Positions 18,192-28,139 of a stretch of DNA of 64,000 bases are shown piece by piece. The stretch comes from Nanobdellota archaeon (GTDB taxonomy: Archaea > Aenigmatarchaeota > Aenigmatarchaeia > QMZP01): positions 389,150 to 453,149 of the forward strand of contig JAHIVW010000003.1 in NCBI GenBank assembly GCA_018816245.1, read 5' to 3'. The notes under the pieces were generated by a model. It had not been told where the DNA came from and made no database searches. It was given only the letters and a program-made list of their open reading frames with translations. The translations under genes were made by a program, and so were the position numbers. The first letter of the stretch is position 1. Each line of letters opens with the position of its first letter.

Positions 18192-18493
18192 CTCGATTTC
18201 GGTTGCCAACAGATCTCGAAGATCCGTCTCCTGATCTTCGTGAGTGGACAGAGATGACGCTTGGTTATGTCTCAGGATTAATCAAAGAGACATATCCTGT
18301 GAGATTTTCTACTGCCCGGAGATTTGTTCAAGAACAAGCCTTTTCGCTTTATACTGACGTTCGGATGACAGCACCAGAAGAGGATCCTGCGCTTTCATGG
18401 GAGCGTGTTGTCACAACCTATTATGCTGCAGCACGCGAACAGCGAAGAGCGTCTGCAAAAGAATCCCGGCAAGATCATGTTCGTGATCGCTGA
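18188..18493 (+). CDS. Hypothetical protein
   Basis: A 101-aa ORF coupled to gatC through a 4-nt ATGA overlap. No motif was recognised. Confidence 0.4.
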   Translation: MTRFRLPTDLEDPSPDLREWTEMTLGYVSGLIKETYPVRFSTARRFVQEQAFSLYTDVRMTAPEEDPALSWERVVTTYYAAAREQRRASAKESRQDHVRDR

Positions 18494-19146
18494 AGCTCCA
18501 CGCCCGGCCGGATCCAGTTTTTGTCCCTGAGTCGTTTGCGATTTTCTTTCACGCGCACATCTGAAAAGGAATGCTTGATATCGTTTTCCGGGAACCCAAG
18601 CACCTTCCCAAATGCTGTCAGATCGCTCACGGAACGGAGCTCCCACTGGTCAACGGCCCCGGACGCAAGCACAAAGGGAGCTTTTGCCTTCCGGACGTGC
18701 TGGGCCGCAGCACGGTACTGTGCGAGCAGTGCGGCCTGATGGCGGCGCGCGGTTCGGAGCAGCGGCGCGAAGTCAAAGACGATCGCGATGTTGTTCTTCT
18801 TTGCAAGCTTGCACAGGATGTGATTCACCCCGGCGTCCTCCTGCTTCTCCCAGGGAGCAACGAGGAAATCAACTTCTGGAATCGAGAGTGCTGTCCGGAC
18901 GATCTCCGGGTCCTGGGTGCGGACGGCGATCAGCTCGGCCGACCGGCGGAAGGCGCGGGCGTCGCGGCGGACCTCGTTCTTGGTGACAGGGATGAGCTCG
19001 ATGCCGTGCACCACATCTGTCCGCGGAATCACGACCGGTTCCTCGCCCGGCGTGCCGAACACTGCGATTGCGGCGTAGCCAAGGTCCTTCACAAGCGCGA
19101 CTCGTGACGGACCGCCAAGGAGATGGGTGTAGAAGTCAACGACCAT
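18475..19146 (-). CDS. rnp3: RNase P protein component 3 (Rpp30)
   Basis: A 223-aa protein with an Rpp30/PHP-like pattern: DLGYAAIAV, IAVRTQDPEIVRTAL..EVDFL, VNHILCKLAKKNNIAIVFDF and FVLASGA. Confidence 0.75.
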   Translation of the reverse strand: MVVDFYTHLLGGPSRVALVKDLGYAAIAVFGTPGEEPVVIPRTDVVHGIELIPVTKNEVRRDARAFRRSAELIAVRTQDPEIVRTALSIPEVDFLVAPWEKQEDAGVNHILCKLAKKNNIAIVFDFAPLLRTARRHQAALLAQYRAAAQHVRKAKAPFVLASGAVDQWELRSVSDLTAFGKVLGFPENDIKHSFSDVRVKENRKRLRDKNWIRPGVELQRSRT

Positions 19147-19213
19147 GTTATATCACCTAAGATTTATTGTCCATGGGGAGGTTTATATTGTTTGATCCAA
19201 GGAGTCTAACTAT

Positions 19214-19747
19214 ATGACGCTTAAGCTTCACTTGATCGGCCCCATCCCAAAGGGAGACGATGTTAGAAGAAATTGGAAGGATTGGAAGATTGAGTATACA
19301 GAGAAGCTTTCACGGATTCGCGATATTGTTCTTACTGATGGGGATGTGTGGAGAGACGAGACGAAACCGCTGCAACTCGTTGGCCACGACACCTATCTTC
19401 TCCGAACTGCTGATATCATCATTGTAAACGCAGAAGAGATGTTAGGTGTGGGAACTGCCCAAGAAATGGTAATCGCAAAGTATTTTTCAAAACCGGTTAT
19501 CACCATCCTTCCAAAAGACGCCCACCACAGGAAGTCAAATATCGTTTTTAATGGCACGAAAATTGATGACTGGATTCATCCCTTTGTCTTGGCTTTTTCC
19601 GATCTTGTTGTTGAAAACGTTGATGATTGTCTCGAATGGATAGAGGTATTCAGAAGAAATCCAGAAACCAAAGAAATCAAGGATATTACAATACTTGATA
19701 ACGCTATTAGTTCTTATCTCAATGAGAAGGGTGGATTTAAGAGATGA
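19214..19747 (+). CDS. Nucleoside 2-deoxyribosyltransferase-like protein
   Basis: ADIIIVNAEEMLGVGTAQEMVIAKYFSKPVITI resembles the NDT-family G-x-G-T-x-x-E motif. The gene is AT-rich. AAGGAG lies upstream of the ATG. Confidence 0.45.
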   Translation: MTLKLHLIGPIPKGDDVRRNWKDWKIEYTEKLSRIRDIVLTDGDVWRDETKPLQLVGHDTYLLRTADIIIVNAEEMLGVGTAQEMVIAKYFSKPVITILPKDAHHRKSNIVFNGTKIDDWIHPFVLAFSDLVVENVDDCLEWIEVFRRNPETKEIKDITILDNAISSYLNEKGGFKR

Positions 19748-20391
19748 CAAAATACTTGATAATAAACGCTGACGACTTTGGAATGAGCAGGATTTTTGAT
19801 AACGTCATTCTAGATCTAATTAAGAATAACTTGGTTCTTTCAACAACCGTGATGGTGAATAGAATCACAGATAACCAGAAGGAACAAGTAGAGAGATTAA
19901 TCGCTTTATCAAAGAATAAGAATTTAAGTATCGGCCTCCATCTAGAATTTGAAAATAATGATTATACTTCACAGATAAAATCCCAATATCAGAAATTCAG
20001 GAAGATTTTCGGGTTTACTCCATCTCATATAGATATTCATAAAGCGCACTCCTTGAAAGAATCATTCTCAGAGACAGCTGAATTATGTAAAGAACGGAGT
20101 ATTCCTCTTCGAAATAGTGGTGTGCGTTTTAATGGTGTTAAAACGACCCTTTCTGAAGCATTTTTTGGAAGCATTGAAGATTTTGATAAGATAGAGGAAT
20201 GGGTCAAAACCTTTGAAGATGGGAACTTTTATGAGATTCTATTTCACCCTGGAAACTATGACCCCGATTGTAAGTCAAGTCTCAATCAAGATCGAGAACG
20301 TGATATTAAACATATTAAAAGACTGAATGCGATCCTTAGGAAAAACAACGTCAAAGCGGTCAGCTATTTGGATTTGGCAGCCTCTCGTTAA
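19744..20391 (+). CDS. ChbG/YdjC-family carbohydrate deacetylase
   Basis: The N-terminal LIINADDFGMS and later GLHL and HID/HPG metal-binding motifs are typical of YdjC. It overlaps the preceding gene by 4 nt. The gene is AT-rich. Confidence 0.8.
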   Translation: MTKYLIINADDFGMSRIFDNVILDLIKNNLVLSTTVMVNRITDNQKEQVERLIALSKNKNLSIGLHLEFENNDYTSQIKSQYQKFRKIFGFTPSHIDIHKAHSLKESFSETAELCKERSIPLRNSGVRFNGVKTTLSEAFFGSIEDFDKIEEWVKTFEDGNFYEILFHPGNYDPDCKSSLNQDRERDIKHIKRLNAILRKNNVKAVSYLDLAASR

Positions 20392-20454
20392 TGGTTTCTT
20401 AATAGGCTCATTTTTCATCGACAATGTTATATGACTCCTTTCCCAGTATATTCT

Positions 20455-21156
20455 ATGACATCGCACCGCGTCATGGTCGAGCAGCTGCAGCGCCGGGGCT
20501 TTCTCAAAACGCCAAGAATCATCGCCGCCTTCACGGCGGTCCCTCGGGACGCCTTTGTCCCTGACCGCCTCAAGGACCAGGCATACCGGGACCGGCCGCT
20601 TCCCATCGGCTTCGGCCAGACCATCTCCGCGCCGCACATGAACGCCTGGATGACCGAGCTCCTTGATCCAAAGAAGACCGACATTGTACTTGAGGTAGGT
20701 GGTGGTTCAGGATACCAGGCAGCGATCCTCTCGAAGCTTGTCAAACAGGTGTACAGCATTGAACTCGATGGCAGGCTCGTGACGCAAGCGCGAACCGCGC
20801 TCAAACAAACTGACATTACCAATGTGACCATGATCCTCGGCGACGGGGCAACAGGGTATCCGAAACACGCACCGTACAAGAAAATCCTCCTGTCGTGTGG
20901 AGCAGCAGCGATCCCTGAGGCCTTGCTTGCCCAACTTGCTGTGGGCGGAATTCTCATCGGTCCTATTGGGGGAACCTGGTCACAGGAACTGACGCGGGTC
21001 ACCAAACAAAAAACAGGATTCAAAACCGAAACTTTTGGCTCATGTGTCTTTGTGCCGCTTCGCCGTCATGGTGATGAACCCGTATACAAGAAATTGCTTG
21101 CACGCTTCAAACTGGGAGATCATCAGGATCAACAGCCATCGAAAGCACCTTCTTAA
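20455..21156 (+). CDS. pcm: Protein-L-isoaspartate O-methyltransferase
   Basis: VPRDAFVP, GQTISAPHM and VLEVGGGSGYQAAIL (SAM motif I) are present. The start at 20455 is preferred because a GTTATAT TATA-like box abuts the 20431 ATG. Confidence 0.9.
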   Translation: MTSHRVMVEQLQRRGFLKTPRIIAAFTAVPRDAFVPDRLKDQAYRDRPLPIGFGQTISAPHMNAWMTELLDPKKTDIVLEVGGGSGYQAAILSKLVKQVYSIELDGRLVTQARTALKQTDITNVTMILGDGATGYPKHAPYKKILLSCGAAAIPEALLAQLAVGGILIGPIGGTWSQELTRVTKQKTGFKTETFGSCVFVPLRRHGDEPVYKKLLARFKLGDHQDQQPSKAPS

Positions 21157-21757
21157 ATTGCACCGCGTCAAATTGTTTGCCGTGTCCTGGATAGTACGTC
21201 TTGACCGGCAGGGTCGCGATCTTGTTGATCGAGGCTTCAAACTGATCCGGCAACGAGTTTGCAAAGTCAATCCGGCCGACACCGTTCTCAAAAATCGTGT
21301 CACCGGTAAAGAGAAGCTTGTTCTTCTTGTCGTACAGACAGATTGAACCAGCAGTATGTCCCGGAACATGAATCACCTGCAGCGTGAGTGGTCCTGCCTT
21401 GATGATGTCACCGTCTTTCAGTTTTTGGTCAACTGGCCGCGGTTTCATGTTGCCATTGAACCAATCTGCAGCAGCAAGCTTAACGTCACCTTTCTCCAGT
21501 ACTGCAGCGTCATCCTTGTGGATCGCGATCTTCGCGTCAATGAAGAAGCCGTTCCCACCGCAATGATCGAAGTGGCAATGGGTATTGACAACGAGTTTCA
21601 CGTCAGAGAGTTTTTTCTTCGCGACGCCCAGCAAGTCCCGCATCCGGGAAAAGTTCAGCCCGGTTCCTGCATCAATCGCGACATCATCGATAAGGTAGAT
21701 ATTGCTTTCGGTGTCCCCCAGTCGAATCATGATCACGTCGCCGAACTTCTTGATCAT
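21107..21757 (-). CDS. MBL-fold metallo-hydrolase
   Basis: NTHCHFDHCGGN matches the HxHxDH motif. Downstream PGHTAGS and PGHG motifs are present. Confidence 0.85.
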   Translation of the reverse strand: MIKKFGDVIMIRLGDTESNIYLIDDVAIDAGTGLNFSRMRDLLGVAKKKLSDVKLVVNTHCHFDHCGGNGFFIDAKIAIHKDDAAVLEKGDVKLAAADWFNGNMKPRPVDQKLKDGDIIKAGPLTLQVIHVPGHTAGSICLYDKKNKLLFTGDTIFENGVGRIDFANSLPDQFEASINKIATLPVKTYYPGHGKQFDAVQFKKVLSMAVDPDDLPV

Positions 21758-21800
21758 GAGTGTCTTTTCGATGGGAGGTTTTTAAGTGCACCGTCAAAAG

Positions 21801-22475
21801 TCAGCACGGCTTCTTCTTCCGGAACCACTGACCCAGTTTCCGCTGCTTGTGTTCCCCGTCAATGGTCTCGATCGTGACCCAGGTTTTCCGGACAATGTCC
21901 GGCCAGTCCTTGTTGTTTGCCCGCCAGTTCCGGAGCCACTGCATGGTGATCTCGTTGCTGGTGTAGCCCGGGCCAATGTCCCCGTACTGCGCTTTGAGCT
22001 TCTCGATGTCGGCGTCTCTCGCGACCTTGGCCAGGATGCTTGCTGCCCCAACCGTGGGGTAGCGGGTATCTGCCTTGTGTTCGACCACGAGTTTCGTGCT
22101 CTTGTTGTCAAGCATGGAACGGAGCGTCGCTGTGAACTTCGGAAGATTCACATCAGGACCGTCGATGAACGCGGTTGCAGGGGTAAGGTAGTTGAGAATC
22201 TCTGCGAACTTCTCTGCCTCGAGGTGGTTCAAATTCGTTCCTGTGCGACGGGAGTTGTCGATTCTGCACGGCGAGACTTTAATAACAATTACTTGCTGCG
22301 CGATTCCCTCGATTTGTTTTGCGAGACGCTCCCGTTTTTTTGGTGCGAGTTCCTTTGAATCCCGCACACCGATTTTCCTCAACTGGTGTTCGTCCTGTTC
22401 GTTGAACAACGCGCCGGCAACAACAAGCGGTCCGATGATTGCGCCGCGTCCTGCTTCATCAATACCTGCAATCAT
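21801..22475 (-). CDS. rnhB: Ribonuclease HII
   Basis: MIAGIDEAGRGAIIGPLVVAG, DSKEL and the YPTV/AASILAK motifs are present. The start at 22475 is preferred; the alternative is 22496. Confidence 0.93.
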   Translation of the reverse strand: MIAGIDEAGRGAIIGPLVVAGALFNEQDEHQLRKIGVRDSKELAPKKRERLAKQIEGIAQQVIVIKVSPCRIDNSRRTGTNLNHLEAEKFAEILNYLTPATAFIDGPDVNLPKFTATLRSMLDNKSTKLVVEHKADTRYPTVGAASILAKVARDADIEKLKAQYGDIGPGYTSNEITMQWLRNWRANNKDWPDIVRKTWVTIETIDGEHKQRKLGQWFRKKKPC

Positions 22476-22516
22476 ATTGGCCCTATATAAACACATGGCA
22501 ACTTATAAGTCAGGAC

Positions 22517-22591
22517 AGCGGGATGGAGCAGCCTGGAGTGCTCGCCGGGCTCATAACCCGGAGGTCGGTGGTTCAAATCCACCTCCCGCTA
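22517..22591 (+). tRNA. Initiator tRNA-Met (anticodon CAT)
   Basis: A cloverleaf was folded by eye. The acceptor is AGCGGGA/TCCCGCT with an A1:U72 pair. The anticodon arm is CCGGG-CTCATAA-CCCGG with three G:C pairs next to the loop. The T arm is GGTGG-TTCAAAT-CCACC. CCA is not encoded. Confidence 0.9.
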
Positions 22592-25500
22592 CTCTATTCT
22601 CCCGGCCACGCGCGTGAAGAAAATCCCGACAGCAAGAAGGAAGAACAACATCACAGCCCAGTCTGACCACCCGGAAAATGAGAGCGGGTAGCCGATGAAG
22701 ATGTTTATGTAGTCAGAATCTATTACCCCATACGCGTCAGTCCGGTCATTCGTTCCATTTGCATACAGGATAAGAGGACCTTCTGTCTCAGGATCAACAG
22801 AAAAGATTTCAACCGGGAACGTGCGTTCTTCGTTCGGGTTCAGGTTGTAGACTTCGAGCACCGTGCGATTTGGATAGATATAGAAATCTGTTCCCACTTC
22901 ACCCTCTCCACCCGTGAATCCGGCAAGCGGATAGTTTGAGAGTTCGACTGATGTCTTTGCAATCACAATTGGCTGGACATTGCGCACAAAGAGATTCGCG
23001 ACATGCGAGGATCCCATGATCAAGAAAAGTTCATTCACATCGAACTCGAGGAGCGAGTGCGGCCCGAGGTAGACGATTTCTGAGAGATTATAATTCCCTG
23101 CAAAGTCAGTTGCGTTTGCGCGGAGATTCACGGATTCGACCGCAGGGTCGACAGAAATGTTCATCGCGCAGACTTCATAGGTGTCAGGGATTCCAAACGG
23201 CGTGCAGTCAAGTGTTTCTTCAACAAAAACGTCGTTCTCAACTTTCCGTACAGTAATCTTGATTTTGTCGATCCCTGATGGATTGTCATGTGCATAGACA
23301 ATCGGATTCACCCAGTTGCTATCCTGGGGGAGTGCACCATTGTCCAGGACGTTTCCTTTTTCATCGATTGCGGTTATGTTGACAAAGGGGATGCGCGTAT
23401 CGATTTTCGTGATCTCAACCTGGTTTTCTCCGTCACCAAGGGTTGCCGGCATCACTTCCATGTTTAATGCAAAGTCCCAGGCATTTGTGAGGAAAGTGTA
23501 CGCTGTTTCCTGGCCAGTATCGACGTCTCCTACTGCAGAAAGGTTCATTCCTTCGTCATCGCCGAAATAGGTGTCAGCATTCAGGAGACAATCCGGTGGC
23601 GCGAGTGGTGGCGGGGAATCCGGCGAGCTCACAGGAAGAAGGTTGCCGACAGGCGTACCAGGAGGTTTCTCCGTGGCATACGTTATGTTCGTGCAGAGGA
23701 CACCTGATGCGTCAGGTGGTTCGTTTGTAATTGTCCAGGAGAGGTTGAGGCATCCGTCGGCACAGTCAGCTTCGTCCACATACCAATAGGGTTTCTGCGG
23801 TCCGCTCCACGGATCGAAAGCAACAAGCGTTGTGCTGGGAATGAATTCATCAACCCTGACCGGTAAGGACGCAGAATCAGATCCTGGGTTTCCTGCTCTA
23901 TCTGTTGCACTGCACCAGAACTGTACTTCATCATAGGATCCCCAATAGAGCTGATTACAGGTCGCGTTCATCAAGGAAGAATTCACGCAACCACTTTGTG
24001 TGCCAGGATCGCTATCAACAGGATATTCTATATTATCGTTAACATCATAGGAGGTCACGGTGTAGGAGGCAATCCCCGAGTCATCTCCGGCCCACCAGGC
24101 AACCTGGTAATCGCCGTCTGTCTCGTTAATCCAGGGATTGGTAAGACTCCAGCCGTAGTAGCCGCCGTTGTCCTTGAAGGAGGCAATGCCGCACGTAGCA
24201 GCGGTGAAATCAAGTGTGACATTGAACCACTCCGGGATCGTGAAGCTGTTCCCAGCGTCATCGGTCACCGTGATCCGGAAGGACATGTTCTTTCCTTCCA
24301 GTTCGGTGAGCAGAAATCCGGCTCTCCATGTATTAACATCAATGTTGATCGTGCCGCTGGTTGCAGTTGTCGGAAGAATGTTTGCTTGTTCTAGGATTTG
24401 CCAGGCATTCATGGGCTGCCCGTCTATGTTCACAAACATGTACACGATGGTGTACGAATCCACGCCGCTGTTCGCGATGGGATGCGCGAGGTCAGTTGCT
24501 GTCCAGTCGAGATCGAAGAATTGTGGGACAAAGGGAAATGGGGTTGAAGCAAGCGTCGCTATTGGAGCAAACTTGTCGTACTTAACCTCCCGGGGAATAG
24601 AGCGGCCGATATTGGTGGCCATGTCCTTGGCTTCCCCGCAGACCCAGCCATAGTCCGTGGGGGTGAAGCTGGCGCCGGGGTTCGGGTTCCCGGTTCCCGT
24701 GCAGGCACCGGGATTGGTTGAAAAATCATAGATGATGTCTGTCGCCGGGTTACAGGTCGAGTTATCGTCGGTGCAGGAAAGGGTGACCGCTGGCGGGCTG
24801 TTCGTCCAGACCGTGGGAACGACGGAGACGTCGACAACCGGGGGGACCTTGTCGACAAGGAACTGGACCGGGGTTAGTGTATAGCCTGTGTTGCCGTTCA
24901 TATCCTTCGCGGCACCGCAGATCCAGACGTGGGTCGGGACATCGATCGTGTCAGGCGGGGAACCAAGAACTGGGGTGATTGGATATTCAGCATAGGTGCT
25001 TGGACAAGTTGTCGGTGGCGTGACAGGATCGTAGAAGATGGAGAACCTGTAGGTTCCGGCATCACACCCTGCTGTGTCACTGCACTCAAGTCGGGCGGTT
25101 GTGACGCCGTTATACCATGTCGTCGTCACCGAAGTGGGGTCAGGAATGACAGCGACGGTTGGCGGAATGTTGTCAACTGCCCCTCGACAACAGACCGTAT
25201 AGCCGGTGTTGTAATAGACCGCTCTGCTGCAATCCTCGACGTGCGCGTTCGTGACACCAGAGAGCCGTAGGATACAGTCGTACGCTTGGCCACAAGAAGC
25301 TCCTTGGACAACGAAACAATCGATATCCGATCCTGGTGTCAAGGTACTGAGGCACACATCCGTATAGCCTGGAGTAGCAGGATTCGGGGATCCGCCAGGA
25401 AGTTCCGCGAGTTCTGCGTGCGCGTTGGTCGTGGCTGATCGCCGGTAGAGCACTTCTGCATCAATCACACCAGGACCAGAACAGCTGTCTGAAAGGGTCA

Positions 25501-25771
25501 TATCAGCGCCAGGGTCATAACTGCAACAGAGTTTCTCGTGGTTGTTATTCATTGGATCACTATACGCTCCAACAATTGCAACGTGCATATTCGTATGAAT
25601 TACTGTCCCAATTCTATATGCAGAGTCGACGGTGGTATACGACTTCCCTCCTTGCGAACCAGAACAAATGAGGCCTGCTCCCCCATAGAAACAACCAAGT
25701 TGCGCTTCTACAGACGAGGCGAGCACTGGCAGCACGAACACCATTGCTAGGAAGAGAACCCCAATCCGCAT
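22589..25771 (-). CDS. Large secreted surface protein (1060 aa) with a C-terminal hydrophobic anchor
   Basis: The signal peptide is MRIGVLFLAMVFVLPVLASSVEA. Domain junctions of the D-x-x-x-P type recur (DNIPPTV, DKVPPVV, DKFAPIA, DEFIPST). The C-terminus is SFSGWSDW followed by AVMLFFLLAVGIFF and then TRVAGRIE. A TATA box (TATATATA) lies about 20 nt upstream. Confidence 0.7.
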   Translation of the reverse strand: MRIGVLFLAMVFVLPVLASSVEAQLGCFYGGAGLICSGSQGGKSYTTVDSAYRIGTVIHTNMHVAIVGAYSDPMNNNHEKLCCSYDPGADMTLSDSCSGPGVIDAEVLYRRSATTNAHAELAELPGGSPNPATPGYTDVCLSTLTPGSDIDCFVVQGASCGQAYDCILRLSGVTNAHVEDCSRAVYYNTGYTVCCRGAVDNIPPTVAVIPDPTSVTTTWYNGVTTARLECSDTAGCDAGTYRFSIFYDPVTPPTTCPSTYAEYPITPVLGSPPDTIDVPTHVWICGAAKDMNGNTGYTLTPVQFLVDKVPPVVDVSVVPTVWTNSPPAVTLSCTDDNSTCNPATDIIYDFSTNPGACTGTGNPNPGASFTPTDYGWVCGEAKDMATNIGRSIPREVKYDKFAPIATLASTPFPFVPQFFDLDWTATDLAHPIANSGVDSYTIVYMFVNIDGQPMNAWQILEQANILPTTATSGTINIDVNTWRAGFLLTELEGKNMSFRITVTDDAGNSFTIPEWFNVTLDFTAATCGIASFKDNGGYYGWSLTNPWINETDGDYQVAWWAGDDSGIASYTVTSYDVNDNIEYPVDSDPGTQSGCVNSSLMNATCNQLYWGSYDEVQFWCSATDRAGNPGSDSASLPVRVDEFIPSTTLVAFDPWSGPQKPYWYVDEADCADGCLNLSWTITNEPPDASGVLCTNITYATEKPPGTPVGNLLPVSSPDSPPPLAPPDCLLNADTYFGDDEGMNLSAVGDVDTGQETAYTFLTNAWDFALNMEVMPATLGDGENQVEITKIDTRIPFVNITAIDEKGNVLDNGALPQDSNWVNPIVYAHDNPSGIDKIKITVRKVENDVFVEETLDCTPFGIPDTYEVCAMNISVDPAVESVNLRANATDFAGNYNLSEIVYLGPHSLLEFDVNELFLIMGSSHVANLFVRNVQPIVIAKTSVELSNYPLAGFTGGEGEVGTDFYIYPNRTVLEVYNLNPNEERTFPVEIFSVDPETEGPLILYANGTNDRTDAYGVIDSDYINIFIGYPLSFSGWSDWAVMLFFLLAVGIFFTRVAGRIE

Positions 25772-25821
25772 GCGGCAGTCACTGTATATATAATGAGCGG
25801 GAGGGCATTAAAAGGGCCACT

Positions 25822-28128
25822 TCATAAAGGAGTGCAGGTAACGATGTTGGCGCCATCAATCTTGTAGTAGTTCGTGACCTCGGTCATGCCCCGGTTATCA
25901 TCATACACAATCACTTGGAGTTCGTAGCAGGCGCCAAGAACGAGCTTGCTGGTCGTCACGGTCATCTCAAAGAACGGAACAAGCTTGTTCACCTTGTTCT
26001 CCTTCTCCGGAGGATAAGCATTGAAGAGTTTGACATAGGTTCCCACGGTCCTGGGTTCCCGGATCATATACTTGACCAAGGAGACGCGGGAAAGGTCGGT
26101 CGCCTCGACCTGGAACTGCATCTTGTTGTTCACGGGCTGCGGCAGCATCGTAACCGTGAGCTCAGGAGGAAGGGCATAGGACGCGACTACGTCCGCCAGC
26201 TTCTGAACATTGAGACCGCCAAAGCCAGTCTCAACACCAGCAGGAACGTTCACGTCATCAGTTGCAAGGTGGTTCCCTGCAGTATCGGTCGCAGCAAGGG
26301 CAGCGGACAGCTGCCAGGGATGGACTTGGTACTCTGGATTAGTACGGACTTCCTGGATTGAGAGGCCGGTGTTGCTCTTTTCCTTATTGTAGGCCTCAAT
26401 GGCGAGGGCGTACGCGCCTGCGGTTGCAGCTGCTGCCATGGATGAGCTTGCTGACCCGCTAAGCTGGTAGGTCTGGATGGTCTCGGGTGGGATACCGCCG
26501 AACAGGATTCGGGGAATCAGAACTTGGCCACCGGGCGCGGTCACGTCGACCCGCATCCAGTCAGGCTCAACGCCTGTCCAGTCAGTCGCTTGTCCCAACG
26601 GCGCTGGTGAACCGTAGGAAGCATTACAGACACGATCGTAGACACTGAGTGGTGTTCCGGGATCGCAGCCGGCAATGGAGCTAAAGATGGTTTCTGTCGC
26701 CGCTGTTGAGATGTACGCAGAAGCGATGACGGGTTTGGCAGGGTATTTCTTTGCCTTTCCGTTCTTGGAGCGAAGCGAGTCTGACGCAGCAAGCGGGTTC
26801 AGCTGGTCGCTGTAGCCTTCGTTTCCTGACGGGAAGATGAGAAGCGTATTGAATTTCGCTGCCTTTCGGTACAGTCCTCTGAGTGCCTTGTATTTTTTGG
26901 CGAATTTATCTGGGGATGAGAGTGGTGGGGTTTTGTCAGAATCCGCCAGAACCACCGGAGCAAGAATGATGTTGGGCGTATCTTCTTTTCCTGCCTTTGA
27001 GCAGTCAGGGCCTTCGAGCAGCCAGATGATCGCCTTGGCGAAATCAGTTTTCTTTATTTTCTTTGCATTCGGGGAAGAAACACTGTCGCCTGAGACGTCA
27101 ATATCAACAAAGTAATACGTCGCGGCAGGGGCGAACCCCGTCATGTCAGGGAAGTTCACCGGATCGAGGGTCCCGGTGTCGCCGAGCAAGGACATGGTTG
27201 TGAATCCGTGGCCGATGCCGCCGCCGCTCAGGAGCGTCTCGTCGTATAATCGGCCGTGTTGTGTTGTTTGATCAGGTTGAAGAGGGCCAACCTGAGAAAG
27301 TTCACAGGTATCGAGCCGACCCGTGTACCACGCCATTGCGATTGGGGGGAGCCAGCTTGGCGCCTTGTATATTCCTCCTGGCACTGCTTCGTCACGGTAC
27401 ATGATTCCTGAATCGATCACCCCGATACGGACGCCTTCGCCGTCGTTCAGCCCGTGGTTTGTTTGGGCTGCCACTGCGTCGGTCAAGGTCGGGAAGAGGC
27501 CGTAGCCTCCAAGCTCGAGATATTCGTTTGGTTCTGTTCCGTCCTCACTGTCGTCTCCAACGTCTCCATTGAGGAGGAAATTACCATTTTCATCAAAATC
27601 ATTTTGAAATCCACATCCGCTGAACGTCTGGAGGAGCGACGCGTATAGTTGTTGCACATTTGAGTAGAGGCCGCTGTCACATGTGAAGAACACCGCTCGT
27701 TCGTATGTTTGTGCGTTTACAAATACGCCGTCCTCGGTCTCAACAAGAGGGCTATCAGAGAAGTCGATTGCTTCACACTCCATGCTCGGATCATAGGTTT
27801 CAATATAATTCATAACCGCTTCTGATGAACAGTCATTCCCTTGAAACGAAAGCCCCTTCATCCCGACCGTTGAAGAAGGAGTGGTCTCGCCAGGAGAACT
27901 CTGCGATGGGACAGGAACCCAATTTATAAATCCTATGCCACCGGGAGGCACTGGTTCGATAGGAACTTGAGGGGAACCGATAGTTACTCCAGGTGATGGT
28001 ACCCGGGCAACAAACTGGGGAAGCACAACGAATCCGAATGCAAGATTGAATACCACGGCGATAGCAACGACAACGACAACGACAAGAATTCCCCGGGTCG
28101 ATTGTTCGTCAAGAGAGCCTCGGCGCAT
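25822..28128 (-). CDS. Subtilisin-like (S8) serine protease, N-terminally membrane-anchored
   Basis: The N-terminal TM is ILVVVVVVAIAVVFNLAFGFVVL. The catalytic order D/H/N/S is VRIGVIDSG, GHGFTTMS, FPSGNEG and SGSASSSMAAAATAGA. Confidence 0.8.
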   Translation of the reverse strand: MRRGSLDEQSTRGILVVVVVVAIAVVFNLAFGFVVLPQFVARVPSPGVTIGSPQVPIEPVPPGGIGFINWVPVPSQSSPGETTPSSTVGMKGLSFQGNDCSSEAVMNYIETYDPSMECEAIDFSDSPLVETEDGVFVNAQTYERAVFFTCDSGLYSNVQQLYASLLQTFSGCGFQNDFDENGNFLLNGDVGDDSEDGTEPNEYLELGGYGLFPTLTDAVAAQTNHGLNDGEGVRIGVIDSGIMYRDEAVPGGIYKAPSWLPPIAMAWYTGRLDTCELSQVGPLQPDQTTQHGRLYDETLLSGGGIGHGFTTMSLLGDTGTLDPVNFPDMTGFAPAATYYFVDIDVSGDSVSSPNAKKIKKTDFAKAIIWLLEGPDCSKAGKEDTPNIILAPVVLADSDKTPPLSSPDKFAKKYKALRGLYRKAAKFNTLLIFPSGNEGYSDQLNPLAASDSLRSKNGKAKKYPAKPVIASAYISTAATETIFSSIAGCDPGTPLSVYDRVCNASYGSPAPLGQATDWTGVEPDWMRVDVTAPGGQVLIPRILFGGIPPETIQTYQLSGSASSSMAAAATAGAYALAIEAYNKEKSNTGLSIQEVRTNPEYQVHPWQLSAALAATDTAGNHLATDDVNVPAGVETGFGGLNVQKLADVVASYALPPELTVTMLPQPVNNKMQFQVEATDLSRVSLVKYMIREPRTVGTYVKLFNAYPPEKENKVNKLVPFFEMTVTTSKLVLGACYELQVIVYDDNRGMTEVTNYYKIDGANIVTCTPL

Positions 28129-28139
28129 CTTTTTCTCCT

